NCBI RefSeq assembly: GCF_009914755.1
Contig: NC_060925.1
DNA length: 64,000 nucleotides
DNA from: the human T2T-CHM13v2.0 reference genome, Homo sapiens
Direction: 5' to 3' (one strand)
Part shown: positions 1 through 13,433 of the stretch, one piece after another
Layout of the letters: the number at the start of each line of letters is the position of its first letter
Position numbering within the stretch: position 1 is the first letter of the stretch
The notes under the pieces: generated by a model
Seen by the model: the letters and a program-made list of their open reading frames with translations, nothing else
What the model was told of the DNA's origin: nothing
The model's database searches: none
Program-made: the position numbers and the translations under genes

Positions 1-149
1 TCATGTACACAATTTCGTTTTGTTACTTCATTTCATTAAAACTTTTATTATCTCTTCATGGCAGAAGGCTTAAGTTCAAGTAGCTGAAATATGTATACAA
101 AACCTTCCATAATCTGATTCCAGATTATCCTACTTATATTTTTTGCTAT

Positions 150-590
150 TTCTTTTTAAGATCCTTCTTCTCACTGATGTTTTATATCTTTACTCAATAT
201 GCCACTTCCATTCCAGACTTCATGGCTTTGCACCAAAGAGCTTTTCCTCCAGCCATGTACTTCTCCCTTTTTTCCTGACCAATGAAATATCACTCAAACT
301 TCCAAACTGAGCCCAATTACCATACCCTTTAAAGGCTATTTCTGACTTCTATAAGAATTGTTACGCTCATCTTTATTGTACATAATTTATTAGAATATCT
401 ATATATTTATAAAAATCAGATTATTTATTGCATTATAAAGTTATTTCTGATCCATGTTGTTTACTTCTCATACTGCAAAACAAATTCTTCCAGGAATCTG
501 GTCTGTGTTTCAGTTATCTTACAGTCCCAATGGATAGCTTATTGCTAGACCCATAAATACCCTATATGATGTTTAGTTAATGAAAAAATT
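150..590 (+). mobile_element. L2 LINE 3' fragment (degenerate)
   Basis: Pyrimidine-rich L2-like 3' sequence (catggctttgcac...catactgcaaaacaaattcttccaggaatc); boundaries approximate. Confidence 0.45.
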
Positions 591-659
591 AAAAGATTTA
601 AAAATATTAGAAAAATGCTTTATATTTTCTCAATAATTTTATGTATTATTTCAATTGAT

Positions 660-765
660 TTAATTAATAAGTTTGTGAAACTTTATCTCCATTTTACAAA
701 TGGGAATATCAAGGCATGCAAATGTTCAATTGTTTCATATTGTTCATACCAGTAGGCTAGGTTAT
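660..765 (-). mobile_element. MIR fragment
   Basis: ccattttacaaatgggaatatcaaggc resembles the MIR core on the minus strand. Confidence 0.55.
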
Positions 766-1325
766 GCAAATCAACACTCATGCTGAAAAATAAAATCTAA
801 AAATAATGAATGAAAATTTTAATAAAACACTTCTAATTTTATAAAGGGTGACAAAACAGGAAACAATTGTTAGAGGCCAAGTAAAAGGAAAAATAAAACA
901 GAGAGATAACAAACTTGTCAGTGATCTACGCTTAAGAGAAATTAGCACCTTTATATTGACAGTCCTTGAAGCTTTAATTATATATAAAAAAAAGAAACAA
1001 CTCAAATCAGGTGGATCAAGGGGCAAGTTCTCACAGCAGACCATGCCCATAAAAATGAGATACCAAATGGCTGCTCTCACAGGATCAGAGTAAGTCAGAA
1101 GAAAAAAAGCCCGTGTGAAATTACTGTCTGGTGTTAATCTCCTGTGTATATTGCCTGATTCTAATCCAGTAGAGATCATCCAGGGAATTTCAGTCTTTGA
1201 ATTTGTTTTAAGGTAATCTTGTTCAATCATGGGCCTGTTGCCCGAACTAGAAAAACACAATTCTCTCTTAAATATGTCCAATATAGTTCTGAAATAAATA
1301 ATTTGTACTTGTAGTTATATTTGTA

Positions 1326-1349
1326 TTAGTAGCTATATATAGCTACTAA
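1326..1349. repeat. Perfect 24-bp palindrome
   Basis: ttagtagctatatatagctactaa equals its own reverse complement. Confidence 0.95.
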
Positions 1350-1373
1350 AGTATAATATCCAGCACATAGTCA

Positions 1374-1760
<387 letters not shown>

Positions 1761-2041
1761 CTGTACAAATAGACCTGTAAGTGTTTTATTATTGACTAGA
1801 GACATGAAAACAACTATCTTTGCTGTGTTTAAAGGGACAAGAGATAGTCTTGAAGGTAGTAGCACTATTGAAAAATGAAATAAAACTTTTTGGAATTAAA
1901 AAATAAATAAAATTAAAACTTGTTGAATGTTTCAAGCATGAATATGTGGTATACTAGATTTGCTTCCCCAGGGGGAGAGAGAGAAAGAGAGAGGAAGAAA
2001 GAAAAAAAAAATGAGGAAAGAAAAGAAAGAGACAATATATT

Positions 2042-2388
2042 TTTATGGGCTAAATTGTTGTGTCCTCTTAAAATTTAAATTCCTAACAGACAATGTAATA
2101 ATATTAGGAGGTGGGGCCTTTGGGAGGTATATCGATGATGAGAGTGGAGCCCTCCTGAATGGAACTAATGCCCTTATCAAAAGAACTTCAGAGACCTCTC
2201 TTGCTCTTTTTCTGCAAGTTGAGGATACAAAGAAAGGACAGCAATCTGCAACCTGGAAAAGGGCCCTCACCAGAACTTGACCATACTGGCACACATTCTA
2301 GCCTCCAGAACTGTAAGAAATATAAAATTCTGTAGTTTCTAAGCCACTCAGTCTACGGTACTTTGTTATAGTAGCCGGAACTAAGACA
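2042..2388 (+). mobile_element. MLT1A-type MaLR solo LTR
   Basis: ggaggtggggcctttgggagg...agcctccagaactgtaagaaat...ctaagaca; imperfect 5-bp TSD atatt/gtatt. Confidence 0.85.
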
Positions 2389-2669
2389 GTATTTGCCACA
2401 CTGGTTTCGGAAATTAGGCAAGAGCAACACAAATTTCCAGTTGCTGACAGAAGGAAAACAACTGAAGTGAACCCTAAAATTTCCCTGGTTTACTGACTTG
2501 AGTAATTTTCAGACACCAGGGAGAAGAACGTAAGTTCTGCACTGAAGAATCACTGAATTAAGGAGTCTCAGATAACAGCTCAAAGAAACAGAAGAAAGCT
2601 TGAATTTGCAAGGCAGAGTAAAGAAGAAAAAATTATTCTGTAAAGTGATTCCAGAAATTAGCATCTTTG

Positions 2670-3480
2670 ACCGAGCAGCTTAATTGAATATCTTTGGCTG
2701 AGGATCTCTCATAAGCCTTTAATAAAGGTGTCAAATGAGGCTGCAGTCATTTTAAAGTTCTCCTTGGGGAGGATATACTTCCAACATCACTCATATAGTT
2801 GTTAGTAGGCTTCAGGTTCTCCCTAGATGTTGCTTGGATATATCAGTTCTGCACCTTGTAGACCTCTCCAAAGAAAAGCTCTCAAAATTAAAGTATGCTT
2901 TCTCTACAGTGAGGGTCAAGAGAGAGAGAGACAGGAGGGACAGAGATGGACACAGGCATAGATACACACACACACACGTCATGGTACTGTTGCAAACTAA
3001 GCTTGGATATGATATCCTGTCATTTTTGTTATATTATATTCCCCAGAGCCAGTCAACATTTAAGAAGAGAAGATCACACACAAGCAGTCTTCTATATAAG
3101 GAAGTAGGGATCATTGGGAGTCTTTTTATAAGCTGTGTACCATGAGATGTCCCCTGGTTTTTCAGTGATTCATTCCCTCCCACATGTAAATATATTCTGC
3201 CTTTCCCAAGTTCCCCAAAGTATCATCCATTATAGCATCAGCTCAGTGCCTGGACTCTCATCATCTAAATCAAATTCATGTGTAGATGAAACTCACTTAG
3301 TGTAGTTCTTTAAGTACAGCTCCCCACATATGTTCCTTATAATCTTTAGACCTATGAAATTAAAGAGATGGGTTAAGTGTTACCCACACATCTAACTTTC
3401 AGTGGCGGGACAGGCATATGAAAACCACTGTAGAGATTTCTATTTAAAAGGAGGAAAAATGACAGCCACAAAGAATCACG
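2670..3480 (-). mobile_element. Old MLT1 (F/G/H-like) LTR (to ~3143) plus adjacent MLT1-internal sequence
   Basis: gaggctgcagtcat...ggaggatatacttcc LTR motif followed by tgattcattccctcccacatg...atagcatcagctca typical of MLT1-int. Confidence 0.65.
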
Positions 3481-3798
3481 TGGATTATACTTAAATCTAT
3501 GGAAAACATTCCTAGAAAAGGAAAACAATAGAATATTTGCTTCATCCTAAGTTTTTAAATTTTGTGAAATTTTCAACACAGGAAGAATTTCATTATTTTT
3601 CCTCACTATGCCTAACACATACTTTCTAGAAACTCAAGTCACTGAAAACTGCCATGTTTATTGTTTTAGAGTAATTTGAGAACAAATTAATTATTATTAG
3701 AAGATATTCAAGAGAGAATATTTAAATCCGTAAGTACTGACATAAATAAATAATGTTCTAAATCAATTTCTACCTAAGGCTGTAGGTATACCACAAAG

Positions 3799-5439
3799 TG
3801 ATGGCATCCACGGCCGTATGGATTGGCTGCTGAGAAGACACCACTGCAGTGGGGGAGGCACAACCTGGGCTGTGCACTCTGCGGAGCCCACAGGAGCTGG
3901 AAACAGGTGGGAACCCCACCCCCTTCCAAGTTGGTGGGGAGGAGCCCCGCCCTTCTGGGCACAGTTGCAGCTGCCCAGCTGCAGCTGTGAACCAAGGCAT
4001 CTCTGTACTCTCCGGGTCTGGGGAAGAGCCCCCCACCCCTACCCCTGCAGGCTCAGAAGTGCCTGCTCCCCGGCCTGGACTCTCCCAACTCCTGGTGCCT
4101 GCTCCAATTTCAGAGCAAAGTTGAGGCCGAGCCTGAGTGCTGTCCCAACCCAGCTGGGTGTGCATGCGCTCAGGCTGGTGCTGACATGCCAGCCCCTTGT
4201 CACCTTGGTGCCCTCTGGACTTTGGGCACTGATGAGCATGGGAGGGGAGGCTGAGGGGAGTTGAGGCCAGCTTGGTACAGGCCTGCAGGTGCCCCTTGGC
4301 ATGAACAGCCTGGGAACCCTGGATGACATGATGGATAGTGGCAGGAGGCAGACAGGCTTCTGGGTGGAAAGGGGTGGGTCCCCAGTGAAGCCCCACTTTC
4401 AAGCCATGGACGTCCTGAACCCCACCTTCAAGCCATAAACGGCCGGAAGCTTGGGGACAGTCTGTCAGTGCTGGGTGGAGTCCGCAACTTACGATGCTTT
4501 TTCTGGAACTGCCTCATGGCTGCCCATGGACCAATCAGAATGCACTTCTTCCGTTATGAAGCCTGTAAAAACTCTGGACTCACCCAGACTCACAGACAGA
4601 CGTGGGGATGACCAGCTGTGGGAAAGGAGTTACCCAATTCGGGTCTCCTGGACGACTCAGGATGACCTGCCTATGGAAAGTAGCTACCCACTTAGGTCTC
4701 TTCTCCACTAAGAGCCAGACGCTCGTTGGGACGACCTGCCTGTGGAAAGGAGCTACCAGCTTTAGGTCTCCTGAGAGCTGTTCTGTCATTCAATGAAGCT
4801 CCTCTCTGCCTTGCTCACCCTCCAGTTGTTCACATACCTCATTCTTCCTGGGTGCAAGACAAGAACTTGGGACCTGCCAAATGGCGGGACTGAAAGAGCT
4901 GTAACACAAACAGGGCTGAAACCCCATCCCCGCTTGCCACGTTGCCGGCGACAAGAAGGAGGGAAGAGCTGCAGCCCTTCAGGAAGCCGAGACCTAGGGG
5001 CTCCCTGAGCTGGGGCTGTGACACTCTTTTTTCGGGCTCTGCAGTTCCTGGCATCTCCAAGCTTCTGGGTACCACCATGTTTCTCTCCTCCAGACGTAGG
5101 TGTCCACGGTGGAAATCACCTGCGGTACATCTGGTCCAGCTACAGCCTCGCATGGAGCCGGCACCTGAGCCAGCACCTGTGCTGGTGCCTAGAGCTGCCT
5201 GCCTCGCCGCAGTAGCCACTGGCTATGCGCAGTGGCCGGACCCCATGTTCACTCGCCTACATACCCCTTGCCATTCCGCACCTGTCTCGCCCTTGGCAGG
5301 TGTGGGGTTCAGCATGGTAGTGCGAGCCGAGTGCAGCCTGCCAGGCGTGTAGGTGGAACAGGCCCAGCAGGCCTGAGCAAAACCCGCTCGCCACAGAGGT
5401 TTCTGGCTGGCAAAGTGACACCCCAAGGATCCTGTGACA
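3799..5439 (+). mobile_element. MER52 (MER52A-like) ERV1 solo LTR, about 1.64 kb, GC-rich
   Basis: TG...CA termini (tgatggca...cctgtgaca); three internal ~60-bp gacctgcctgtggaaaggagctacc repeats at ~4610-4760; near-TSD aaag/aaaa. Confidence 0.88.
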
Positions 5440-6454
5440 AAAACATTTCCTTAGAATTGTTAGACCTCTCAAATGACATGATATAATTTAGCATTTAATG
5501 GAATACATCTTTTGTTGTATTGTCATTGTTGCTTGATATATTTTATCTCCTGTCAAATTTTATGTTTTTGAGAATGAAGTACACATTTTTGCTACTTCCC
5601 CCGCCCCTGAAACTCTGACAAAGTCCGTATGACTCAGTAATGAAAAAATATTAGGCACCCAACAACCATTTCCTATGTTATTACTTGAGGCTGTTTATAA
5701 TCAATTTGTAATGTGGTGAAAATGGCCCAGAAGGTTAAAAAAATGTTGAAAAACTTGGTGAGGGAGGTCAAAGCTCTGAGTGAAAGCAGAGGGAGTTTAT
5801 CCTGGAACCTGATGAAAAGACCAGGAAAGAGAATGGAGCGTTTGCTGTCTCTGGGCCAAGCCTTAGCAGCCAGCTCTATTGGAAAGCCTGAATCAGCAGC
5901 CTCATGGACCTAAATTAAACATTTTGCTAATATATAATTCTCTTCATTTTATCTAATTTTACTCGGGTATTAAGTAAATCAGATGTGGGCAAACCTTTTG
6001 CCAAATTAGTGAGTAGCTTTTGAATAACAAGAAAAATGATCATTTGCAATATTCATTGAATCTTGTTAACATGAATTATAGTGAATGAAGACCTGCAGCA
6101 AGATTTATTAAAAATTCAAACTTTTAACAATTGCAGCAAGGCTTTGGCTATTGATACAGGAGAAGCAATACAAAAAGAACACTTTTAACTTTGCAAATTA
6201 ACTTGGTTAATCACTTCACAAGGGAACAGAAAAAAGATCCAAATGTTTTCTTCCACTTAATAAAAGATTTGCAAAATAATTGAGCCAGTACCATGGAGCA
6301 TTTTTTTTTCTTTTTTGGCATATGGAATTTCCACTTAAAAACCTAGCAATTTAGAAATGCTCACAATTGGAAAGTTATAGATTTTTTTCAAAAATTGGTG
6401 AGGGAACCAAGATTATCATTATTGCTTTGAATGTTTGAGAAGTATTAAGCAAAG

Positions 6455-6500
6455 GCATGCATATATATGTACATACACACACACACACACACACGCATAT
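6455..6500. repeat. (TA)n/(CA)n alternating purine-pyrimidine microsatellite
   Basis: gcatgcatatatatgtacatacacacac...acacgcatat. Confidence 0.9.
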
Positions 6501-7530
6501 TTATATATTTCTAAGGTCAAAAAGTCAATTTTAGCCTTGTAGGTATGTGGGTATGTGGTCACTGCAGGCATTACAGATTATTGTATTTCATATTGTGCTC
6601 AATTGCATTTGCAGCTTCCCAGTCTGGTAAACAACTAATTCTCCCGACACTGTTCGCAGTGAGTTGAAGCCACTGCTCTTGCGTATTCAGCATCTCTTTT
6701 AATTTGTAAGCAGTTCTATAAATCTTTCTTGGCTTCTAGGGACATAAAGACTCCTATGATGAAGTGGCCTTCATGGTGGCTTAACAAGCTGAAGGCTAGC
6801 TTTTTCCTTCCATGCATCCTAGGGACTACTGTCTTATTCCTGGCAAAGTAGATCAGATTTTGAATTCTAGCCAGGGTAATTAGCACACTTTAGAATCTCA
6901 ATACACAAAGCAGAATTGTCAGCATTAGCAAAGATGTCTTGAGAGTGTTTTCTGAGTGGTAGAAAAAAGGAATGTCCAGCTGCTGCGAGTCTTTGGCACT
7001 CTAATGAAAGTGACCCACTACATGCATTTGCACCTTAGGAAGGGTTGTGTATATCAACACACTAAACTGTGAGGCAGTGTCTTCATTACCTGTTTTCAAA
7101 TGTATTCTAAAAAATAGAAACAAAGCAAGTGATGGGGGTGTCCCTAATATTCCCTAGAAAGCAAATTCTCACTGAGAAAGTTACGCTCCCTAGAATAGAA
7201 ATATCACCAAAAAAATAAGTTTAAATTTCTAATAAAAGCAATTTTCCTGGAAATCAATCAGTTTAACATATTATGAAAATGCAAAATTGCAAACTATCCT
7301 AAAATAGGTCTAGTGGTGGAGCTAATATGGCTGGATTTTAGACATATTCATTATCAGTTTGTCATAAAGGTGGCAGTGTCTAGGTTTTTTGCAGCAGTAT
7401 TTTGGAAGCTTGACAGTGGTGATGAAATATGTTGGAATTTTTTAGGGAGCTTCAAGACCTGTAACTAATATTCCAAGCTTTAAGTTTCATATTAGAAGAA
7501 ATTCTCTGGGAAATAAAATCAAATATTTCA

Positions 7531-7697
7531 CTGGATGCACCATGCCTTTTTCTTAGCCACTCAGGAGGCTGAGCAGAAGAAATGATTTGAGCCCAGGACT
7601 TTGAGGCTATAGTACACCATGACTGTGCAAACCAAGTGAACAGCCACTTCTCACTCTAGCCTGGGCAACATAGCAAGACCCTGTCTCTTAAAAAAAA
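7531..7697 (+). mobile_element. FAM (fossil Alu monomer)
   Basis: Single monomer with the FAM/7SL-type segment gaggctatagtacaccatga...gtgaacagccact...gcctgggcaacatagcaagaccctgtctcttaaaa. Confidence 0.8.
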
Positions 7698-7761
7698 TCA
7701 CATGCTGTCTTCTACCAAGGTGTCCTCTGAGACAGATAAATTCAAGTTGTATATGTGATAC

Positions 7762-8290
7762 TTTTTATTTTAATAGACTTGCTTTTTTAGAGCCACTTTA
7801 GGTTCACAGTAAAATTGAGCAGAAAGTACATAAACATCCCATGTATTCCCTATTCCCACATGTAGGTAGCCTTCCCAGTACCAACATCGTGCACCAGAGT
7901 GATACATTTGTACAATTGATGAACCTACATTGACACATCATTATCATCCAAAGTCCATAGTTTATGGTGGGATTCGCACTTGATGTTGTGCAGTGTATGG
8001 GCTTTGATAAGTGTATAACAAGTACCTACATTATGGTGTCATGTAAAGTAGCTTCACTGCCCTTGAAATCCTCTGTGCTCTTCGTTCATCCCTCCCTTCC
8101 CCCAACTATTGGCATCCCCTGATCGTTTTACTCTCTCTAGATTTTTTATTTTCAAGAATGTCATATATTTGGAATCATAGAGCATGCTGCCTTTTCAGAT
8201 TGGCTTCTTTCACTTAGTTATATGCATATGAGTTTCATGTCTTTTCATGGATCCATAGTATTTTTTTAGCACTGAAGAATATTACATAAT
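7762..8290 (-). mobile_element. L1MC-type 3' UTR fragment
   Basis: ttaggttcacagtaaaattgagcagaaagtaca...gatgaacctacattgacacatcattatca...tttcagattggcttctttcacttag. Confidence 0.85.
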
Positions 8291-9499
8291 ATGAAACAAC
8301 ACTTTCATATTGATTTTATTAAATATGGCAATATGTAACATACCACATATTATGCATATTATACATGTTTAAGTGTGTACACTGTATGTATGTAGGTATC
8401 TGTGTATGTATATGTGTGTATGTATGTGTGTTTGTGTGCGTGCCACGACTTTAAGTCATAACATTCTTATTTGGATAATTAGCCATACAAAATAAGACAG
8501 AAGATTAATTTTTTGTCCCATCAATAAAAAGTACCTGGTTAAGTGCACATTTAAGAGAGAGAAACCTGTAATTCTATGGTATATTCGGCAATAGGTAACA
8601 TACAGTGGAAGTGTCTAACAAAGCAATCTCGATAGCTGTCTGTCATTAGTTATAAATCATTTTCTTGACACACTGGCATTTTGCATAGCTTATTCTCTTT
8701 CAAGAAAGTGCTTGATAGATGCTCCAAATTATTATTTTGGGTGGAGAAACAGGACAAATCCTCTTGGTATATTTTTGGTGATTACTATCAATTTCTCATT
8801 AACCTCTTGGCTAAGTAGTGGGAGTTACTGATCCATGTAGTCAAGATGAGAAAAATGTCAGTCTATCAAATTAAAAATATACATAAAAAATTAATTTGCA
8901 ATGAAGGCCAGAGGAAGTCACACATTTTTAAATTCTTCAGACTCTTTGAAATGGTGTTTCCTTCCCATTTTGCTCTTTTATAAGCAGACAGAAGACTAAA
9001 ATCACATGTTAAGTTTAAGGCAAAATAATTATTTGGCCATTCTTTTAAGTATGACTCTAAATGAAAATTAAACCCTTATTATGAGACCAAACAAAGAATT
9101 GTTGAAGGATAAAGGTAATAAACTCAAGGACTGGTTTATTTCTCTAGCTTAAATTCCACTGACTGCTTTTCATCAAAATAGACAGGGATGGTGCATTTCT
9201 GTGTGCATGTGTGTGCATGCACACATAGACACACACAGACACACACACCTAAATATATCTCTATCTTACATCATTGATCACCATACAATTTACATATTGT
9301 AAAATCACTGATTCTTTGGTTCTTAACTTACTGATCACCAATGTACTTATTGTTGGCTTTTAATTTTTTTTATTCTTCAGAAGTATTATATATCTGATAA
9401 AAAGTTAGACAACACTAACAAGCAAAACAAAAATAAAATGTCAATAAACTTCAAAGGTATTCACTATTAAAAGGTTGGTGAATTTACAGAAGTAACATA

Positions 9500-9655
9500 C
9501 AGTTGTAGTTTACAGTCATAGAAATCCAAATTTAAAACCTGGCTCAACAACTTATAAACTCTATGACTTATGGTCAATTTATTTACCAAGCTAAGGCTCA
9601 CTTTCATTATCTGAATAATAAAATGACAACTAGCAGTGTTTTCTGTGAAGACAAA
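9500..9655 (+). mobile_element. MIR fragment
   Basis: aaacctggctcaacaactta...ctatgactt...ctcactttcattatctgaataat. Confidence 0.55.
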
Positions 9656-9739
9656 AATAAGAAAACATAGCTATTGCTATTATCATTAGCTTTTGCTATT
9701 ATTATTTGTTATAGATGTAACAAATGTATTTGTACCTAT

Positions 9740-10250
9740 ATATTTCCTTTATTGAAAATATCATACATTTATTTACAGATATTGGACATTTGTCATTTTT
9801 AATTAACTGTATAGTTTGAAAAGTTTTCATGCCAAATGAAAAGATTTAGTGCTACATTTTAAACGATTTTTTAAATAAGTGTTCATTGAATAAGTATTCT
9901 ACTATTTAGTTAGCCAGTGTATTATTTGGGACATTTAAGTTACTTCTAATATTCATTTTGTTAAGTGATACTCTCAGAAACATACAGCCAAACTTTTTAA
10001 AAATTTTAATTATCTCCATGGAATTATTATATTTTGAAAAAGTGATTTCTATAAGCTTGATAGATACTTCAGAATACCATCTAGAAACATCATACCCGTT
10101 TATACCAACACTCCAGCTGTGTATGAAAATGCCCAATGATTCTATCATAGCTGTAAGGATGATTAAGATATTTAAAAGCTGATCTAGCTAGGTGGTAATA
10201 TGGATGCATATAAAGAGCTTCTCCAGTTTCTCAAGAAAGTCAGTGTCATT
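9740..10250 (-). mobile_element. Old L1ME-like fragment
   Basis: gggacatttaagttacttcta...ttgatagatac...tttataccaacactccagctgtgtatgaaaatgcc. Confidence 0.55.
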
Positions 10251-11164
10251 TGATAATCTAGAATTTACAAATATGGGTTTAATATAATCTTTTAATTGTG
10301 TGTGTGTTAAAGGTTTCTGATTTTCAGTTTTAATTTATTTTGCATTCTATTTAATATCCTATGTATTTTGTTTGCTTTGTTCTGTTTCTTGTGGCTTTCC
10401 TTTTATTTCAATACCTTGTATATTGGTGATTCTCTTAATGTTAAAATATTAATTTTTATTTGTATAAAAATTATTTTTAAACATTTTTATTGGTTTTTAT
10501 TGGTGATTCTCTAAATGCTAAAATATTAATTATTGTTTTATGCTTCTTTTCAGAAACACTACTTGCTGCTGCTAGGTCAGAAACAGAAAACTGGTAAGAT
10601 TGTATGCCCAAACCAAATTCACCTCTGAGTGGAATTGGTTCTTAGCCTCCATTTTCATAAGAAGACTGTATCTGATTTTGTGAAGTCCACAGTGGAGGCT
10701 CAGCAGGTTAGGTCAGGATGCTGGGCTGATTAGAGTCAGATGTATCATGTCATACATTTGTTCTTTGGATACATCAGAATAAAGAGAATGTGCATGAATA
10801 TTTGAATTATAGCTAGAAAAATAACAAGGCATTTTATGGGCTATATATTTATTAAAACAACATGTATGTGGGAGAAAATGTGGTAGTAATTTCACTACTA
10901 CTGACAAATGCTGAAAGTGACAAAAATGGTAAAGGAAAAGAAGAAGTAAATCAATTATTGGGAATAAAAATAGCATATTCGTAGGCATTTAGAGACCCTA
11001 ATGAATTCATGTACATTGCCACTGTTGTTTTGATAGCCTTTTTTTAATAGAATATATCATTATTTGGTCAACATACACCTGGGATGTTTTACACATCATT
11101 TCTTCTTTGAGTATTATCTTATCTTTACTCTAGATATCTAATCTCTTCCTGTCTTCTCATAGAT

Positions 11165-11510
11165 TACTATGGTCTAAATGTTTGTATGCTCCAAAAATTC
11201 ATATTTTGGAATCCTAATCTCCAGTGTAACGATTTCAGGGGATAGGGCCTTTGGGGTGTAATTATGTCATGAGGGAGGAGCCCTCATGAATGGGATGAAT
11301 GCCTTTATTAAAGGGACCCCAGTGAGATGCCTTGCCCCTTCCACCATGTGAGAACACAGCAAGTAGGCACCATCTATGAGAAAGCTGTTCCTCACTCAAT
11401 GTACTAGTGTCTTGTTCTTGGACTTTCCAGCCTCCAAAACTTTGAGAAATACATTTATGGTCTTTATAAGTTACCCAGTTTACGGTATTTCATTATAGCA
11501 GACTAAGATA
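11165..11510 (+). mobile_element. MLT1A0-type MaLR solo LTR
   Basis: tactatggtctaaatgtttgt...gccctcatgaatggga...gactaagata; exact 5-bp TSD tagat (11160-11164, 11511-11515). Confidence 0.9.
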
Positions 11511-11629
11511 TAGATTTTACACTGAAATGCACATTTTCTCTCTTTAATCTTAAATTTTCCATTCTCTAATCTCTCTTCTCTAATCATTCAAACATAATAT
11601 ACAAATTTCTACCATCTAAAAAAATAAGA

Positions 11630-11950
11630 GGCTGGAAGAGGTGGCTCATGCCTATAATCCCAGCACTTTGGGAGGTCAAGGCAGGAGGATTACTTGAGCC
11701 CACAAATTTGAGACCAGCCTGGACAATATAGGAATACCTCATCTCTACAAAAAATTAAAAAATAGCCAGGCATAATGGCACATGCCTGTAGTCCCAGCTA
11801 CTCTGGAGGCAGAGGCAGGAGTATGGCTTGTGCCCAAGAATTTGAGTCTCCAGGAAGCCATAATTATGCCACTGCACTCCAGACAGGGTACAGCAAGAAC
11901 TTGTCCAAAAAACAAGACAAAACAATACAAAACAAAAAAAAATGAAACAA
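11630..11950 (+). mobile_element. AluJ
   Basis: Dimeric Alu with J-type ggaggattacttgagccc and an A-rich tail. Confidence 0.92.
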
Positions 11951-13112
11951 ACATATCTGAAAAGTTTCACTAAATTCCTGATGATATGCACTATCATTAA
12001 CATTTTTGTCAACAAGGTCAACGAGACTCAGAGATGGTAAATGCACAAAGTCACAAGTGGCATCACTGCCATTGAAACCCTAGGCATGCAGAGACCATGT
12101 TCTTTCTAGTATGTAACATGGCACATTGTCTCTCTTAAATGCAGTACTGTCCTACTGATCATATAAATCATAACATAAGATGCCAAGGAGCTTGTTTTTC
12201 TAAGATAGTCCTGAAATTTGCCAAATATATTTATCTTTTCTTAAAGGGACTGTGTCAATATGGCACTACCTGGTTCAATGAGCCATATTTTTCTGTAGTT
12301 CAAGTACATTTCTTAACTAACTCCCCTTGTGAAAGATTAGTGGAGAATTGAGCCAGCTGCAAATACATTGTGCTTGATTTTTGTGAATTAGCATGAAAAC
12401 TAAAATTCCTAGAAAATTGATGGTTGGTAGAATTTACATAATTTTGGTCATATTAAGAACTCCCAGTTATTGAAATATAATTTGCCCCTTTCTGCTATAA
12501 TATCATGCTTTTTTTGTGAAATGAAGATAACAGCTGAGGCCTAATTTATTTAAATTCTATTATACAGTCAGTGAGCAATATGATAAGTATCTCTTCCATA
12601 AAAAAGATCTTTTGAACATGAGTCATCTATGCTAATGTAACTTATTAATGTATTCACTTTTTATAGACCACTCAAAATTTCTTCACACATTTTTTTCATA
12701 ATAAATTAACTGTAGATTTTTTAGTCATTTGGATACATGCATTATTTCATTTTAGGCTTTGGTATATTCCTGTACACATAACATACAGACACTTCCAATT
12801 ATGCATTCCTGACTTTCTGAAATCTCATCAAAATTCGCTTTTGTACCTGCGATATTATCAACATCAAGAGGCTATAAATTATCTATATACACGCTCATTC
12901 TTAGTATTTTTCCTCCATTTTGGTGGAAACATTGTTTCTTCCGCATAAACAAAATACTTCCACCAGTATTCCGCATCTCAACCCCTCCTCTATCTCAGGG
13001 ACTTGGATCCATCAATTATTTTCTCTGACAACTGAATCCTTAAACTCTACCTGTCTATTTTTGTTTTCTCTTCAATATACAACCTATTTCCTCATTTGAA
13101 GTAATAAACACA

Positions 13113-13433
13113 CCAAGTCTACTCTTATAGAAAATTTCAATTATACAATACACTATTATTAACTACAGTCCCCGTGCCGTACATTAGATCTCCAGAACTC
13201 ATTCATTCAGCCTAACTGAAACTATGTGCCCTTTGACCAACAGCTTTCCATGTTCCCATGCCCTAGTTTCTGGAAGCCACCATTTTACTCTCTGTTTCTG
13301 AGTTCAACATTTTTAGATTTCACATAAAACTTACATCATGCAATGTTTGTCTTTCTGTGTCTGGCTTATTTTACTTAATATATAATTTTTAATTTATCAG
13401 CTATACTTCAGTGAAGTGCAAATAATTTAAAAA
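13113..13433. mobile_element. L1MA (MA8/MA9-like) short insertion with 5' inversion
   Basis: 13113-~13378 is antisense L1MA 3' UTR; ~13373-13433 is the sense terminal tip; degenerate 16-bp flanking duplication. Confidence 0.75.

Noticed and set aside
778-1281. 167-aa minus-strand ORF
   Set aside because: No recognisable homology or gene structure; composition reflects AT-rich DNA
3770-5494. Cluster of overlapping ORFs up to 210 aa
   Set aside because: All lie within the GC-rich MER52 LTR on both strands with no recognisable domain; a by-product of low stop-codon frequency
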